Shown here one piece after another: positions 12,001 through 24,877 of a DNA stretch of 64,000 nt. How positions within the stretch are numbered: position 1 is the first letter of the stretch; each line of letters begins with the position of its first letter. Source of the DNA: Lytechinus pictus (Eukaryota); the NCBI RefSeq assembly GCF_037042905.1, contig NC_087249.1, positions 10,604,001-10,668,000 on the forward strand, read 5' to 3'. The notes beneath the pieces are model-generated. The model did no database searches. It was not told the DNA's origin and worked only from the letters and a program-made list of their open reading frames with translations. The translations under genes were made by a program, and so were the position numbers.

Positions 12001-15000
12001 GTATTGTCTCACAGTGTATATGGTGTCTGTGTTAGAGGGTGGTACAAAGTATAGAAAGAACATTGCTGTTTCTCTGGTCTGTTTTGGCGGCGAGTTCTTT
12101 GGATCTCGTGGAGGAGGCTCGCTTTAAGCACATCACTCCTTGAGCTTGTTACACCTGAATGGCTGCCTACTGTGAGAGTAATTGATGAACTATTATCGGC
12201 CCAGCATGGTCTCTTCCCATACACGAGTTGTCAACCGCTAACTTGTCAAGCCCAATCAACGGCCATTGTTCCGAGCCGTCAAGTGAAGGCAGAAACTCCT
12301 CCCAAGTTAGCCCAAACAATCCGCCGCGACGATCGGACTTTGTGTTGTAAGGTATTGTTGTTCGTGCCGTGCCATAAAGAAGGCCCAGTCTAACGTAGCC
12401 CAAAGCGTTCAAAGTATCAATAATATGATTGGTACCAGGCTTACTAATCGATTGACGTGATCAATATTTTAACACGGTATCTTCTGCTCAGTCTTGAACT
12501 ACATCCCTGGGGCTAAATACAATCCTTAAGGAATGATTGGGTATGGGGTAGCGATAATCTAATGTACACATATTGGTCCAAAATGGTATAATATTATTTA
12601 ATGAAGATGTAAAATCTTCGAGATAGAAAGCAAGCTAAAGTTCATCATGTTAATAAATAAGTGTCTAGGGATAAATTTCTTTAAACATTCATCGCTAACG
12701 TAAATAAAATTAAATAGACAGAGAAATAGTTTCAGGTATAAAAATAAATGTTGTTCTAATAGACATATTGATTAATAAATATGTATAAAATAAAACTGAA
12801 ATCAAGGACGAATGCTCGCTGTCTCGGGTCATTCGATTTTGATTCTTTTTTTATACCTTTCCTTAAATATCAACTTATCAACAAATTTCAAGTTGAAATA
12901 CTGTAGAGCCTACTTCGAAGTTTGAAAGCTGATGATGTTATTATTTACAAAATGTCAAATGCAACCAAAGTTGTGATCATATTTTATGTGTGTGTGTGTT
13001 TTGTTATTGCCTCATCAATACACGCTACCGTGAAAAAAAACCATTAGTGACATTGGTTGTTTAAAAAAAAAGATCAAACACAATATCCAAGGACGAAAAA
13101 ATCAATCAATTCATCAATCGATTAATCGTTGTGTAGACAGATAAAACCCGACCAAGACCTAAAGCAGACCTAGATCTAAACGGGGACAGCTAGAACAGCC
13201 AACAGCTATGATCTTATAGTCCCACATATAGCTTTTTGACGGACGTTTATAGCCTTTGTTAAAACACCGCGTACAAAGGCCAGATTATAGACCCAACTCA
13301 TAGTTTGAGCGAATTTGTAGACCTTAACGTGTTTGTTCGTACTTTTCTTCTGTATTAACCTTTTTTCCTCTCCGTCACTTTTTCTTTCTTACCTTTTCCC
13401 TTCTTCGCCTTCATCTTTTCACTCTTTCTTTTGGTAAAGCACACACAAAAAGGTAAGGTATGCAATGTATAGCGAGGGATAGCTTGTTTTTCCTCAGTGT
13501 TCGTCTTCTGTTTGCCCAAGTTTTAACGCGCTGTCTGTCAGGATTTAGTCTTCGCGAAATGTGTGGTTTTGCTGGAAGCGAGAAGAAAGAAAGCAACAAA
13601 AAAAGTTATAGCCTCTTTCTTCTTCACCTCCAGTGCCTGTGGTAATTTGTTCGAAAGTTGAAAAGTTTACTTTGGAATAGTTGATGTACAAAGACCAAAA
13701 TTATATGTAAACAGTCTTAAAAAGTGAACAGTTACGAAACGTTTATCGAAGGTTGTTGAGGCATTATCCTCGTCGCCCTTGTATTGTTTTGTGATAAACG
13801 CTTTTCAGTATAAGCTATAGACATACCCTCATGGAATAGTACCACTTGACACTGGTAAAAAAAAAAAGACACAGTCAACATGGCTAAAGTGATTATAAAT
13901 TGATCAATAAAGAAAGTAAACTATCAAACTTCATTTTTACCTCATATCATTTACGTACAAATGAAAATATTTTCTCAAACGAAAATAGAATCTTTATGCG
14001 ATTTGTATATTGATAAACCAAAACACGACATTTCATGTACCATCCTTTTTCTAACATTTGTACACACTACAATCTTGAGTGACACTTTATCTCAACATTT
14101 GGCAAAAATGAAAAATACGTGTTGGTTGAATAAAATAAATGCAAAAGTTCTATTTTATGGGTAAATTTACACAACATTGTTTGACCATTACACTGCATTC
14201 GGTGTTATTTTAACCAACAAACTGCCAAGTTTCCTCATAGCCAACATTTGGTTTACCAAGGGCTTGTAGATAAGGGACCCTTGTTCCACGATTAAATACA
14301 TGTACGTAAGTCATAGAAGGAGAAAAAAGGATGAATAATGAAATAACTCTCTGAATATTATGTCAAAATCAGTCACAAATAGATTTTCAAGCGATTGGTG
14401 CGGGTGAAAGTAAAACTGCAAGCGTGCATGCACGTCGACTGACAATACAAAGTTCCAACAAAAAGACGGCGTGCCTGTACAACAAATATTGATTGCGTAA
14501 CATTCGGAAGTCTTCCACCATCGACAACGACCCTAGCTATAGGTAGTCGGTCAATATTGATCAACATCTTTAGTTTGATTAACATCTGGAAGTCAAGCAT
14601 TGGATGACAATAACAACCATCCTCTATGAGACAACAAAATACTCCTCCCCGCCCCTCCTCCAAAGACCTTTTTGTGTGGAAAGTTATCGTACGAAGTCCT
14701 CAAATTATTAAAGGGTACTATTTGGGGGAAAAGATAAAAATACCTTTTAAACAAGGAACTCTAACATATAGGGCTATTCAATAATAAATTATAGGAGTGT
14801 TCCCCGCTGGAAATATAAATCATTATAATCAGTTTCAATTTTGATCCTACAATACGCGTTTGAACTTTAACCTAGGCCTAACTTTATTTTAAAAGAGATT
14901 ATCGGTATGATTTATTGACAAAAACGAATACACCCGGTTTTCATAAAACTCTTCAGGATCTGTAACTGGAAGTATGCAAAGGTGCGTATAAAAGTAATTT

Positions 15001-15579
15001 TGTTCGGCCCGAAAAACAACAGAACGTTAGATAGCTATACCTTGGACCAAGAACCATATACAGTCCCACGTGGACCCTTTAAACGTAGCCTAAGACATTG
15101 TGCAAAGTAATGTGAAGTGCTTGTTATAGCTAACTTCACAAATTAACAGTTTCCATGTAAACGAATGTCTGTTTTTAAGACGGGAGCATCCAGAACGTGA
15201 TTAATAGCGATTCATTTGGATTCAAATAACATAGACCTAACTTACTGACATCGGATCTAAGATTTATGGATTATTACCATGATTACAGTATTTGCCGTGC
15301 GGGGAATGTAAAACCTCGGAAATACTCGAGCATTATCTACAAGAGTGCACGAGATATGCCTAAAATTTGTTATCACTTCCAGTATTCAATTTCATTATCA
15401 TTACAGTAATGTCAATCATAGTCACTGCCACTGCAATTTTGTTTATTATTTTGATTCATAACACCATGAGCAAGATCAATATCATTTCTTTGATTGATTG
15501 ATTGATAACGAATTTATTTCATTCCAAAATTTCAACAATTATTTTATTAACTTTATTAACTTAATAGGAATTGAAATTA

Positions 15580-15775
15580 AGCCTATGTAGTATGCCTAGC
15601 AATTGATTCTTGGAACTCTTGTTGGAATGCTCCCCAGGGAGAGGAGAAGGTGCATACATCGTATGTGGACATGCAAGGATCCGATGACCGGGGTAATAAT
15701 ATATCTGTAAAGCGCTTAGAGACGTCGTTCTGATGTATTAAGCGCTATATAAATGCGGAATATTATTATTATTAA
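15580..15775 (+). mobile_element. 5'-truncated SINE, same family as 29555-29910
   Basis: Highly similar to the reverse complement of 29555-29750; ends aagcgctatataaatgcggaa(tat)n. Confidence 0.85.
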
Positions 15776-15960
15776 CTTCGTTGAATATTCAGATTAAATA
15801 TTTGTTATGTTAATTAACCGCATCGCCAATGGGAACAGTTTAATTCCATGAATAATCTACGGCAAATCATTTGAAACTACTGATTTTCATAAAATAATTG
15901 TTATATGTGTTTATATTTTTCAACATCGTAAGCATGGTAAGGAGCATAAAATGTTGATTA

Positions 15961-16092
15961 GGGTTCCGTTACACAAAGGTTTGCAATTAATTGTGCGCGT
16001 GATCTTCACGATTGATTGTACATTCTACTCAATGCAATCAATCGTAAACAAAATGTTGTACGACAATTGCTAAGCTTTGTATTACAGAACCC
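15961..16092. mobile_element. Small MITE with GGG...CCC termini (PIF/Harbinger-like)
   Basis: TIRs gggttccgttacacaaag / ctttgtattacagaaccc (15/18 match); related to 19278-19521. Confidence 0.7.
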
Positions 16093-18799
16093 ATGTTTCT
16101 TTTTTTTTACTTGAGCTTTGTTTGGATTTCCAGAACTTGGCAAATCATTCATTTGAATGCGGTGTCCAAGCCATGAAATTTCTACACGAAACTGCAGAAC
16201 GAGGACGGCCCTCTATTGCTGAGAGTTTCGATATCTCTATCACTAATCAATTAAATAAGCTTTTTTAATGACATAATTAACATGTATATTTTTGTTGAAA
16301 TTAACAGCCAGCTTTTGTGTGATTTTGAATTTCATTTGTCAGGGAAATTACATTACATCGAAGTGAAGTCCATTTGGACAGGCTCTGGACGAGTGAGGCG
16401 TTATATTACTCTCGGCCAGTACAGAAAATTGAAACATTTATACATTTAATGTATTTATGCAGATGTTTGGAAGTGTGAGACCAACCTGCTTTTCGAGGCA
16501 AGTCGCGAGAGTTCTTTCCAAAACGTGCGATATTTTTGTTTTCGGACTTGTGTGTGTCTTGTTCTGGAACTAGAGCACTGCTGCCCATGATTTGATGGTT
16601 TACAAAAAAACTAAACCAGGACACTGGGTCAAGCAAAACAAAAATAGAAAGAAAGAAAAAAAATAACATGTAGCCTACAATTTGAAGAACTAATGAGGAG
16701 CTGGTGTCAAAACACTTCTGGATATTGCGAAGGTGAAGAAAAGCTAAAATGTACAGTTTTAAGAATGGACGAACGTCCGTCCGCAGGCAAGGCGACCATA
16801 GGTCAGTTTGGCCGTGGCCCGATTTGAGCGTCAACCAGACCTACTGCATCAATATGGCTCCCGGCCCATGACCGGCGTGTCGGCAAACAACAGAGAGGGG
16901 TCGTACATAGCACCGTACTCGAGATAAAGTAAAGTGCTGGATTATAAGCCAAACAATCATTTCTCTTACGGATTTAGGTGTGATAGATACACTTATTGCG
17001 CCAAGAGAGATGGAGGGAACATAAAAAGGAAAAAGTGAGAGAAAAGGAGAAAGGAACAGAAAGAGAAATATATTGAAAAAGGCATACAGACATGCCACTA
17101 AAGTATATAGATATAAACTAAACACAGGCCGTGAAAAAGTTCCACAGGAAGAAAGAAAATAGTGTTGAAATGTTTAAAATGTGAGACGGGGACAAGAAGG
17201 AGACTCAGAATAAATTGAAATTAAAAAGAAAATTAAAATCAAAGGTTTTATAAAGGGGAAAGTAAAGTAATAAGTGAAATAAACAAAGACACCTAAAAGA
17301 GAGAACGGAGGAGAGGGAGAGATGGGAAGTAAGAAAAAAAAGTCAATTGAGGGAAAAGGAGAGACAGAAATATAAAAGCAACAGTGGGGGGGGGGGTGAA
17401 GAGCCAGAGGGCGCATTCTCAAGGGCCTGACACACGTTTCCCTCACTTTGAAGATTATCACACAGGACAAAAAATTGATGGAAAATGCGGATTTACAAAA
17501 TGGTAACTGTTCCATTTCAGATCTTATCTCACGCCTGACTTGATGACCGTCTCTACTTATAAAAGATTGTTGCTGCTTCTCAAGAGAGTTAAGCCTTGAT
17601 AAATACCCCAGATTAGACGCCAATCCGGTTACCATTCTACGCTTTTATACCGAATGATATCAGTTTCATTTATAAGAATCTCTATTGTCTACAAAATTTG
17701 ATACGCCTTTGTTGTTATTATTTTAACATGTTTTTCTTTAAATTTCTTTTACCATTACTATCTTTTACTACTACTTTTATTATCTTGAACTTTTACGCTT
17801 TTCCCATTCGTTATGCCATGCAACTGTAAAATATCCATGTTTAGCATGTACACGTCTAATATGACTTTGCGATGTGTGCGTGGGTATCAAAGAAGTGACA
17901 CAACCCTCGGATCTCTAAATCTATTTATGGCAATTACAACATGTGCTTGTGTGCGGGGGGGGGGGGGGGTAGGGTGTGAGTGCGTGTGTATCATATATGG
18001 TTTGCGTCTCGATAGTTGCGTTGGGATTTTATTCCTGACATTGTTAATCAGATATGATTATTTACGTCTGGGATCAACCTTTGATGTCACTATTTTTAAT
18101 TATGTATTTATTTATTTATTTTATAGATTGAATGCGTTTTCAAGGACCGGGTTTCGAACTTCGATAATAATTGGTAGGTCGCTCGGCCACAGAACCTGTG
18201 AATATGTCAAGTCTCCCCATATACAGAGTTTATAAAAATCTGGTGCTAGGCATGCGATATGCAATTGGTGTGCGCTAGAGTGTGTTGTGTATGCGGCTAT
18301 GGGCTATGGATGTGAGGGTGGGTGTGGGTTCTTGATGGGTACAGGGGGTGTGTGTGTGTGTGATTGGATGTGAGGCTAGGTGCCATTTCGTGTTGGTTAG
18401 CACAATTTCGTCTTAAATTACTGAAATATTCTTTACGAAATTTGTAAAATTGAGATTTAGTAGTAATTTTCTCATCTAATATGAATTTCAAGAAACACTT
18501 TCATAATCTTTAACAAGACGTTTTCGTTGTTGACATAATGATTTTGATTTCTCCCGATCTGTAATAACCATCTCAACAAAACCTCATCACTTTCTTGACG
18601 TTGTGTTTACCAATCACTATTTTCAGGACGCAAACGATCGTTTCTAATCCTCTTAATTAGGTCTAGACCATGCGATCCCTTTCCTGTCAGCTTTCGTCAG
18701 CTACGCATCAAAATTCCTTGGCAGCGATAATGATTTCCATTTTTCCTATCGTGCAATTTTTGATGACCAATTTACTACACATCATCTTTTGAAATTGGC

Positions 18800-19072
18800 T
18801 CATCTGTTAAACAGTTGTCTGGATTTCTCGGGATGGATTCGATTATCGAAGTTTACCACACAGAAGGCTTTCTTTGTTTTCGACGCCATCTTCGGAGCAT
18901 CGAGAAGCTCATGAAGAGTGATTTCTTTCTGAAAAAGTAGGAATCTTGTTCGGCTAAATCCAATCTTAGTTTCCAGCATGTCCTGCACGTCTGAACCTTC
19001 CCATGAGGATATCATTTTAGTTATAATTAGCTCGGTCCACGGAGCACCCTCAATGCGGTCCAGGCTCTGGTT
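18800..19072 (-). CDS. Possible terminal exon of a convergent gene or lncRNA (unassigned)
   Basis: Minus-strand pyrimidine tract plus cag acceptor (AG at 19074-19073), then a 90-codon phase-0 open frame NQSLDRIEGAPWTELIITK...FDNRIHPEKSRQLFNR*. A second in-frame acceptor ttcctactttttcag lies near 18930. No recognised domain. Confidence 0.2.
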   Translation of the reverse strand, partial: NQSLDRIEGAPWTELIITKMISSWEGSDVQDMLETKIGFSRTRFLLFQKEITLHELLDAPKMASKTKKAFCVVNFDNRIHPEKSRQLFNR

Positions 19073-19277
19073 CTGTGACGATGAAATTGGTGAAGAAAAA
19101 AAGCCAAGAACAAAATTACATTTCGAAATTAAAATTACAGTTATGAATTTTATTCATCTCTAACATGTTGATGTTCCAGGTATCAGGGGCAGTCATATCA
19201 ACGAAACTGACTCAACCAACCGAATATCACGTAATGTATATACATGTAACTCGGAATTGCTTTCGTTGGTGTAACCA

Positions 19278-19521
19278 GGGTCCCGTAAACACAAACGTTA
19301 GCGATTAATTGTACGCTTGATTTTCACTATTGATTGTACATTATTGTCAATGGAATTAATCGTAGAAAAATGTTGTACGATGATTTCTAAGCTAACATAA
19401 AAGTTAGCGATTAATCATACGCTTGATTTTTACGATTAAATTATAATACATTGCAGTAAATCCATTCAATATTGTACAAATATTATCTTTGTTTATTGCC
19501 AAGCTTTGAGTTACAGACCCC
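19278..19521. mobile_element. MITE of the 15961-16092 family with an internally duplicated unit
   Basis: Termini gggtcccgtaaacacaaa / ctttgagttacagacccc; the unit gttagcgattaat..tacgcttgatttt occurs twice. Confidence 0.7.
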
Positions 19522-22500
19522 AGGGTGTTATTTCCGCTCATTATTGTTTGAAATTGCCACAAAGATCAACCAATATTCGGTGATTATTCCATCAATATTT
19601 ATTGACAACAAATTTTATTAAACAGGACCCACAATGACCCAGGGCCAATAATTGTGTTTGTCATGTTTTCTACTATCCGAAATGGCCAATCCAGAACAAG
19701 GATTTGACGAGCATTACGAAACACCTCTTTAAAATGTCGAGAGATTATTATCGTGGAAATTAAGATATACAAAAATGAAGCATAACATATCAGTCATTTA
19801 CATCCTTTCATAACAAAAATGTTTATACACTGTGTCAGTAAAGATCACACGTTGATCATGTATTTTTTTTTTCTTACACAATGACGAAAAATTCCCATTT
19901 AATGAGATAAATCTCACAAATAAGATCGTTACCACAAATAAATGATTCATTAGTTTGTAAGCCGAGATTCGGACGGGAACCGTAGTTTTTCATTATGAAT
20001 ATTTATTTTCATGACAAAAACGGACAGAGACTATCTTCAAATGACAAGGTAATTTCCCCTTTCGGTGCATGTGATTAGGAGACCAATCAAGATATAATAG
20101 TGTCGTTAAAAACGAAACAAAAACCTCCCTCAATCCGGTTTACGTTCACGCAAGTGACACTCTCATTACAGAAAAAAAAAATTTGAGATAGATAGCGTAA
20201 TCATGGTAATTTTGCCAATTACTAATAATCAAACGAAATTGTGTTCTTTTTCCATTGACAAATCACGTCGGAATTACAGCAACAAGCTCAGTAAGCTTAA
20301 TCATCGGCGCAGAAACAGACATAAAATTGCAGATTCGAGCGGTGCTAGTTTCGGCCCCAATCAGACTTTTTAAACGAAACGGAAGTCGGTATAAGGTAAA
20401 CTTTTTTTTAAATTTAGATGAGAGAAAGCTGAAAACGCATACAATGTTGATGATTTTAATGATGAACCAAACCAGGATTGGAAACGAGAAAAGGAGATTT
20501 TAGAAGCGCAAAGAGTTCGCCGCACTTTGTAAAACCGGAACTTGGATAAAGGATGAGGCCTTTTTTCCCCAGCATCCATTCTTTTTGGACGGTGAGAGAA
20601 GAGAGGCAGGACCATGAAATTGATACGCTTAATGAGTGGGAGCAAAGTCCCTGATCTTTTCTTGTTAATGGACAAGTTAACACATTGGTGAGATGTGTAA
20701 GTGAGATGGTTCATGTTCAAGGATGGGGGAATGGCATTCCATGTTTCATGCAGTTTAAAGTTGAAATTGTGATTTGTCGTGATTGTTCGGTCACTTTAAT
20801 GAACAAATTTTACTGCTTCAGAATATCAATTTGGGTAAAAATGGTCTATGACGAGAACGACAAGCGATTTTTTTGTTTGTTCATGAAAGACAGAGGAGGT
20901 TCGAATACGATGATGAATTCTGTTGAATTTAACGAGAGCATTTCTCTCCTTTCTTCTTTTTCTTTTTTTTCAAACAAAGTTGTATTCCGATCTCATTGCC
21001 CTCATCTACAGTAGATCATAAAGAACTCAAGGTGGTGCTTCCTGGACCGTGAACATGAAAAGAAATATAGTATCAAGGGCAAGAAGAATTAGAACTAAAA
21101 CCAACAACATTACATTATCCAATTTTCGAGGTAATGATAATGGTTGTCATGGTGGCAGTGGCAATGGAGTTGGCGGTGGCGCCGTGGCTGCGGCGGTGGT
21201 GGTAGTTGTTAGGATAGTATTAATGGTGGTGACTTTTCTAGCATTACTTATGACATAGAAGAGAGTTTATCGAACGTTATTCAAAAAGGGGTAAGTAAAG
21301 ACGGATGCAGGAGAGAAGTTTTAAGGACACTTGAGTCTTGAGGATTGGGGTGAGAAGTCACTGTATAGAAACACATTTTTGGAGTGTTGGAGATAATTCT
21401 TATATAATAATTTTGATTTTTCATACGCATTTGTTCCCCCTCTATTGTTTTTCCTTTTAAATCATTGAAACTACCAGTTTCTTATCCTTGCTGTCCGAAT
21501 GCCATCGAGTGAGATGCGGCTTTAATGAATGCGATGGGCATCGCCCGTTCCAACCCGCGCTCTTCCATCCATTACCGGAGTGGATTACAAGTAATGTGGA
21601 CGAGTTAAAAATAAAAAAGGGAAAAAAAGAAGGATGAAGAGACACTGCCTGGCAATGCTGATTGTCTGTGAACGAACACGCAGTCCCATTAGCGTCTGAA
21701 TTTACTAAGTGAATGGGCGGCTCGCCGAGATGAGGGGGGAGGGTCGCGTTTAATTGATAACAAAGGAAAAAGTACCGGCGACTGAGACTCGAAACGAACG
21801 GCGCATGCAGAAGTAAGAAACATGTAACTTCATATCTCTTTTTACGCATTGTAATGGCATTGAGGATGATATAGGAGTAATGATGGTGAGCGTGGTGGTG
21901 ATGGTGGTGGTTAACCGGAAGTGAAAGATGCGGTGCTGGTTACCACTAGGTACCAAGGATACATGGATATGCATCCTGACAGGTTGCGGATTAAATGAAC
22001 ATCGTCGGCATGGTTAGTGAAGCAATAACGACTCGATAGATTAGAATAAAATTTGGTCCGAGTTCAAATACAAGAAAAAGTGAACGAGATCAAACGCTGA
22101 TGAGAAACCCTATTACACATCTAATGAAGATGTTAAAACACTCTACGTCCTTCCGTCTAATTAGCGGGTTGTTTGTCTTTGAATTGATTGCGATTGATGA
22201 TGACGCTATAACGTGAGATTCAGGGACCACAATCAATACAGATTTGTTTCTTTTCATTTTATGTTTACAGTGATTATGGTGATCTCCTCAACTAACAAGG
22301 AGAGCCTTCTACAGAATGAATACATTCTGGTAATCGTTTGCTATGTGTCTGCCATTAGGCTATTGTCTGTATTTTTAGTGTTATTATTACATTTTTTACA
22401 CATTGGTATGTCCTAAGTTGTGTGCTCGTTTTGAAAAAAAAAACATAGAAAGTATTTCAATTATGTGTAGAGTATCAGTCGTCTATCTGCCATATAAAAA

Positions 22501-23199
22501 AGCATTTGTATCCCGGGTTTGTATTATAAATGCATGGCAATTTACCAGGGCCTTTTTCATCAGATATTCAACCGCTTAAAACAATGTTTACAAAAAATAT
22601 ATTACATAAAATCAATTACATAGGAAATTTGGGAGATCTTTTTCCAGGGGATAACGCTGATAATAGGCAAAGTATATGTTTGTACTCATGATATGTTTTA
22701 CTGTAAAGGTATTAATATCAATCGGAGACTGGGAAGCATAAATACGGCCATTCTTCGGACTTCCTTTGGATGCGCTGTCTTTTCAATCAAGAACTTCTTG
22801 TGAAGCGTGATCTCATCAACCTTTTCATGTCCAGGCGGAATAAATCGTGAAAGGATGTATGTAGGGTGGGTAAGATATCTATTGCAAAGGATCAGAGTTC
22901 TGGTCAGTGGTGACCATATGGAAATATCTCGGACCACAACCGAAACAATACCAACTTCTTAATCAATCAGGTAGACATGAAAATGCGGACTAGCTTGTCA
23001 TGATGTTATAGTCACACCAATGGAATCGATTGACACCGATCAAAATATTGCACTATTTTAAATGATGACAAGACATCAGTCAGTTTAGAGTTGGTTTCTT
23101 TGGTGACACTGCAATTGTGGATGGTTTTTTTTATAATATATCTGAGAACGTAGCTATGGTTTTGGATGGTTGGGAGGGGTTCATGTCTGAGGAATTACT

Positions 23200-23325
23200 T
23201 CTTGTTGGTGTCCATTCCCCACCTGGGTAGAGTGCAGAACATTGCGGATCAATTTATTGCTAAATGAAATTTCGCCACGGCTGGGATTCGAACCCACAGC
23301 CCTCCGTTTCAAAGTCCGGAGACTA
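23200..23325 (-). mobile_element. tRNA-derived SINE fragment
   Basis: B-box (ggattcgaacc at 23284-23294 on +) and a core similar to the SINE at 44487. Confidence 0.75.
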
Positions 23326-24364
23326 AGAATCAATTTTGTTTACTGATTAATGTTCCTAATATCAGCTGTCTGCATGATCTATAAGGAATCGACTGTACTG
23401 ACTACGATCCGTTAACGAAGATTGCGTTGCCACTTAATCATCTTCAATGTATCAACTGCAAGGGGGCGCCGTAATTATCTAATTTATGCAATATAAGATT
23501 AGATTTGAAAAAAGAAGGGCGTCATTGCATTCTTCAGCTAATCAAATTGCAAAATTTAAATCCCGAATAAACATGACCAAAATGTAACCATTAACCCCAA
23601 CGTAAACTTAATGAACTACTGAAATTGAAATTCACTTAATGATATTTCACAAAATAAAACCCTTTTTGATAATGTTAGATCAGCAAGACCTAACAACAAA
23701 CGACAGGCATGACAGGGCAACGTACCTTTTCGTGTTACCCCATCAAACCAATGTTCCAATTGAAAGTTCCATCTGGGGTTGCAGCTTTGTGCTACAGCCA
23801 CAAGAACTAAACCGACCCCGAAACCCACCGACGGTATGTCATTAGAAATAACGTATTAGATTTGATCTGTCTGGCCTCGTTTTCACCGGTGTGCCTGTTA
23901 CCTAGCTCCTACTCCTTAAAGTGCGTGATCTCATCAACCTCTTTGGGTGATTCTGACCCTCTGCCAGGAGGTGATCTATCATGTCTATGGCGTGCAACAC
24001 GATGTATGAAGCGCCAATAAGGTGTCTGTTACATGGTTCCAGTGTACAGGTGCGTTATCTTGTAAATTTACCTCCAAAGTCCGCCAGAAATGGATCCAGA
24101 GAGTGCCGTAAGGGGATACGACATGAGGGGTGAGAGTTGGATGGTAAGACGATGCGTCAGTGCGTAGTGACGTGTTAAGTTAGGTGAACTAAGAATAGTT
24201 GTAACAACATATCTTGTGGATCGTTGCACATGTTGCATAGGGCTGTGGGATGAAAAGGCATGGGAATCACTTCATGTCTAAAGCCTAAATTGAATCCTGG
24301 GTCTACTGATTATGACATATTACAAAGATAATCAGGTAATCTTTATCATAAAATGCATCATTCA

Positions 24365-24877
24365 TTTTTGTCTCGCCTGCAGAGCAGAGCGAGACTATAG
24401 GCGCCGCTTTTCAGTAACTATGTGTCCCTGAATATCTTGTGTGCGTTTCAGGTCACATGACCAAGATCGAAGGTCATTGGGGGTATTTGTTGAATTGGCA
24501 TCATAACTTAGAAAGTTTATGGATCTACACATGTAGTTTATGCAACATAGATATAAGGGTTATCAAGTATGTTTTGCACACGTCTTAGGTCACATGATTA
24601 TGGTCAAAGGTCATGTTGGGTCGATGGACATAGTATTTTCTTATCATTTGAGTGTTTTCTTTTGTGAATACCGTAATTATTCAGTAGCTGTAAACCAGAA
24701 AAGGAGGGTGTAACGACACAGTGTGAATAACTGAATTACTGAAGACAGTATTTTTTTATCATATAAGTGTTTTCTTTTGTGAATACCAAAAATTATTCAG
24801 TAGCTGTTTTCAGAGTCAGCACTGCTGCTATATTGAATGACGTAGTACAGGCGAGACTGCCAGAGGCGTTCCACTTG
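24365..24877 (+). mobile_element. Non-autonomous HINE/Helentron-like (DINE-1/Tsp-type) element
   Basis: T-run, then sub-terminal IR gtctcgcctg (24370-24379) with partner caggcgagac (24848-24857); short 5' hairpin; internal aggtca-containing repeats; 3' end gccagaggcgttccacttg. A second copy lies at 58693-59039. Family assignment is by structure only. Confidence 0.7.

Noticed and set aside
12009..12412. Overlapping ORFs in a GC-richer island
   Set aside because: No recognisable domain or convincing splice signals; more likely non-coding.
22698..22937. Scaper penultimate exon (HPT...PSL resemblance)
   Set aside because: Spacing is wrong and the conserved LPFQYFSDP-type motif is absent.
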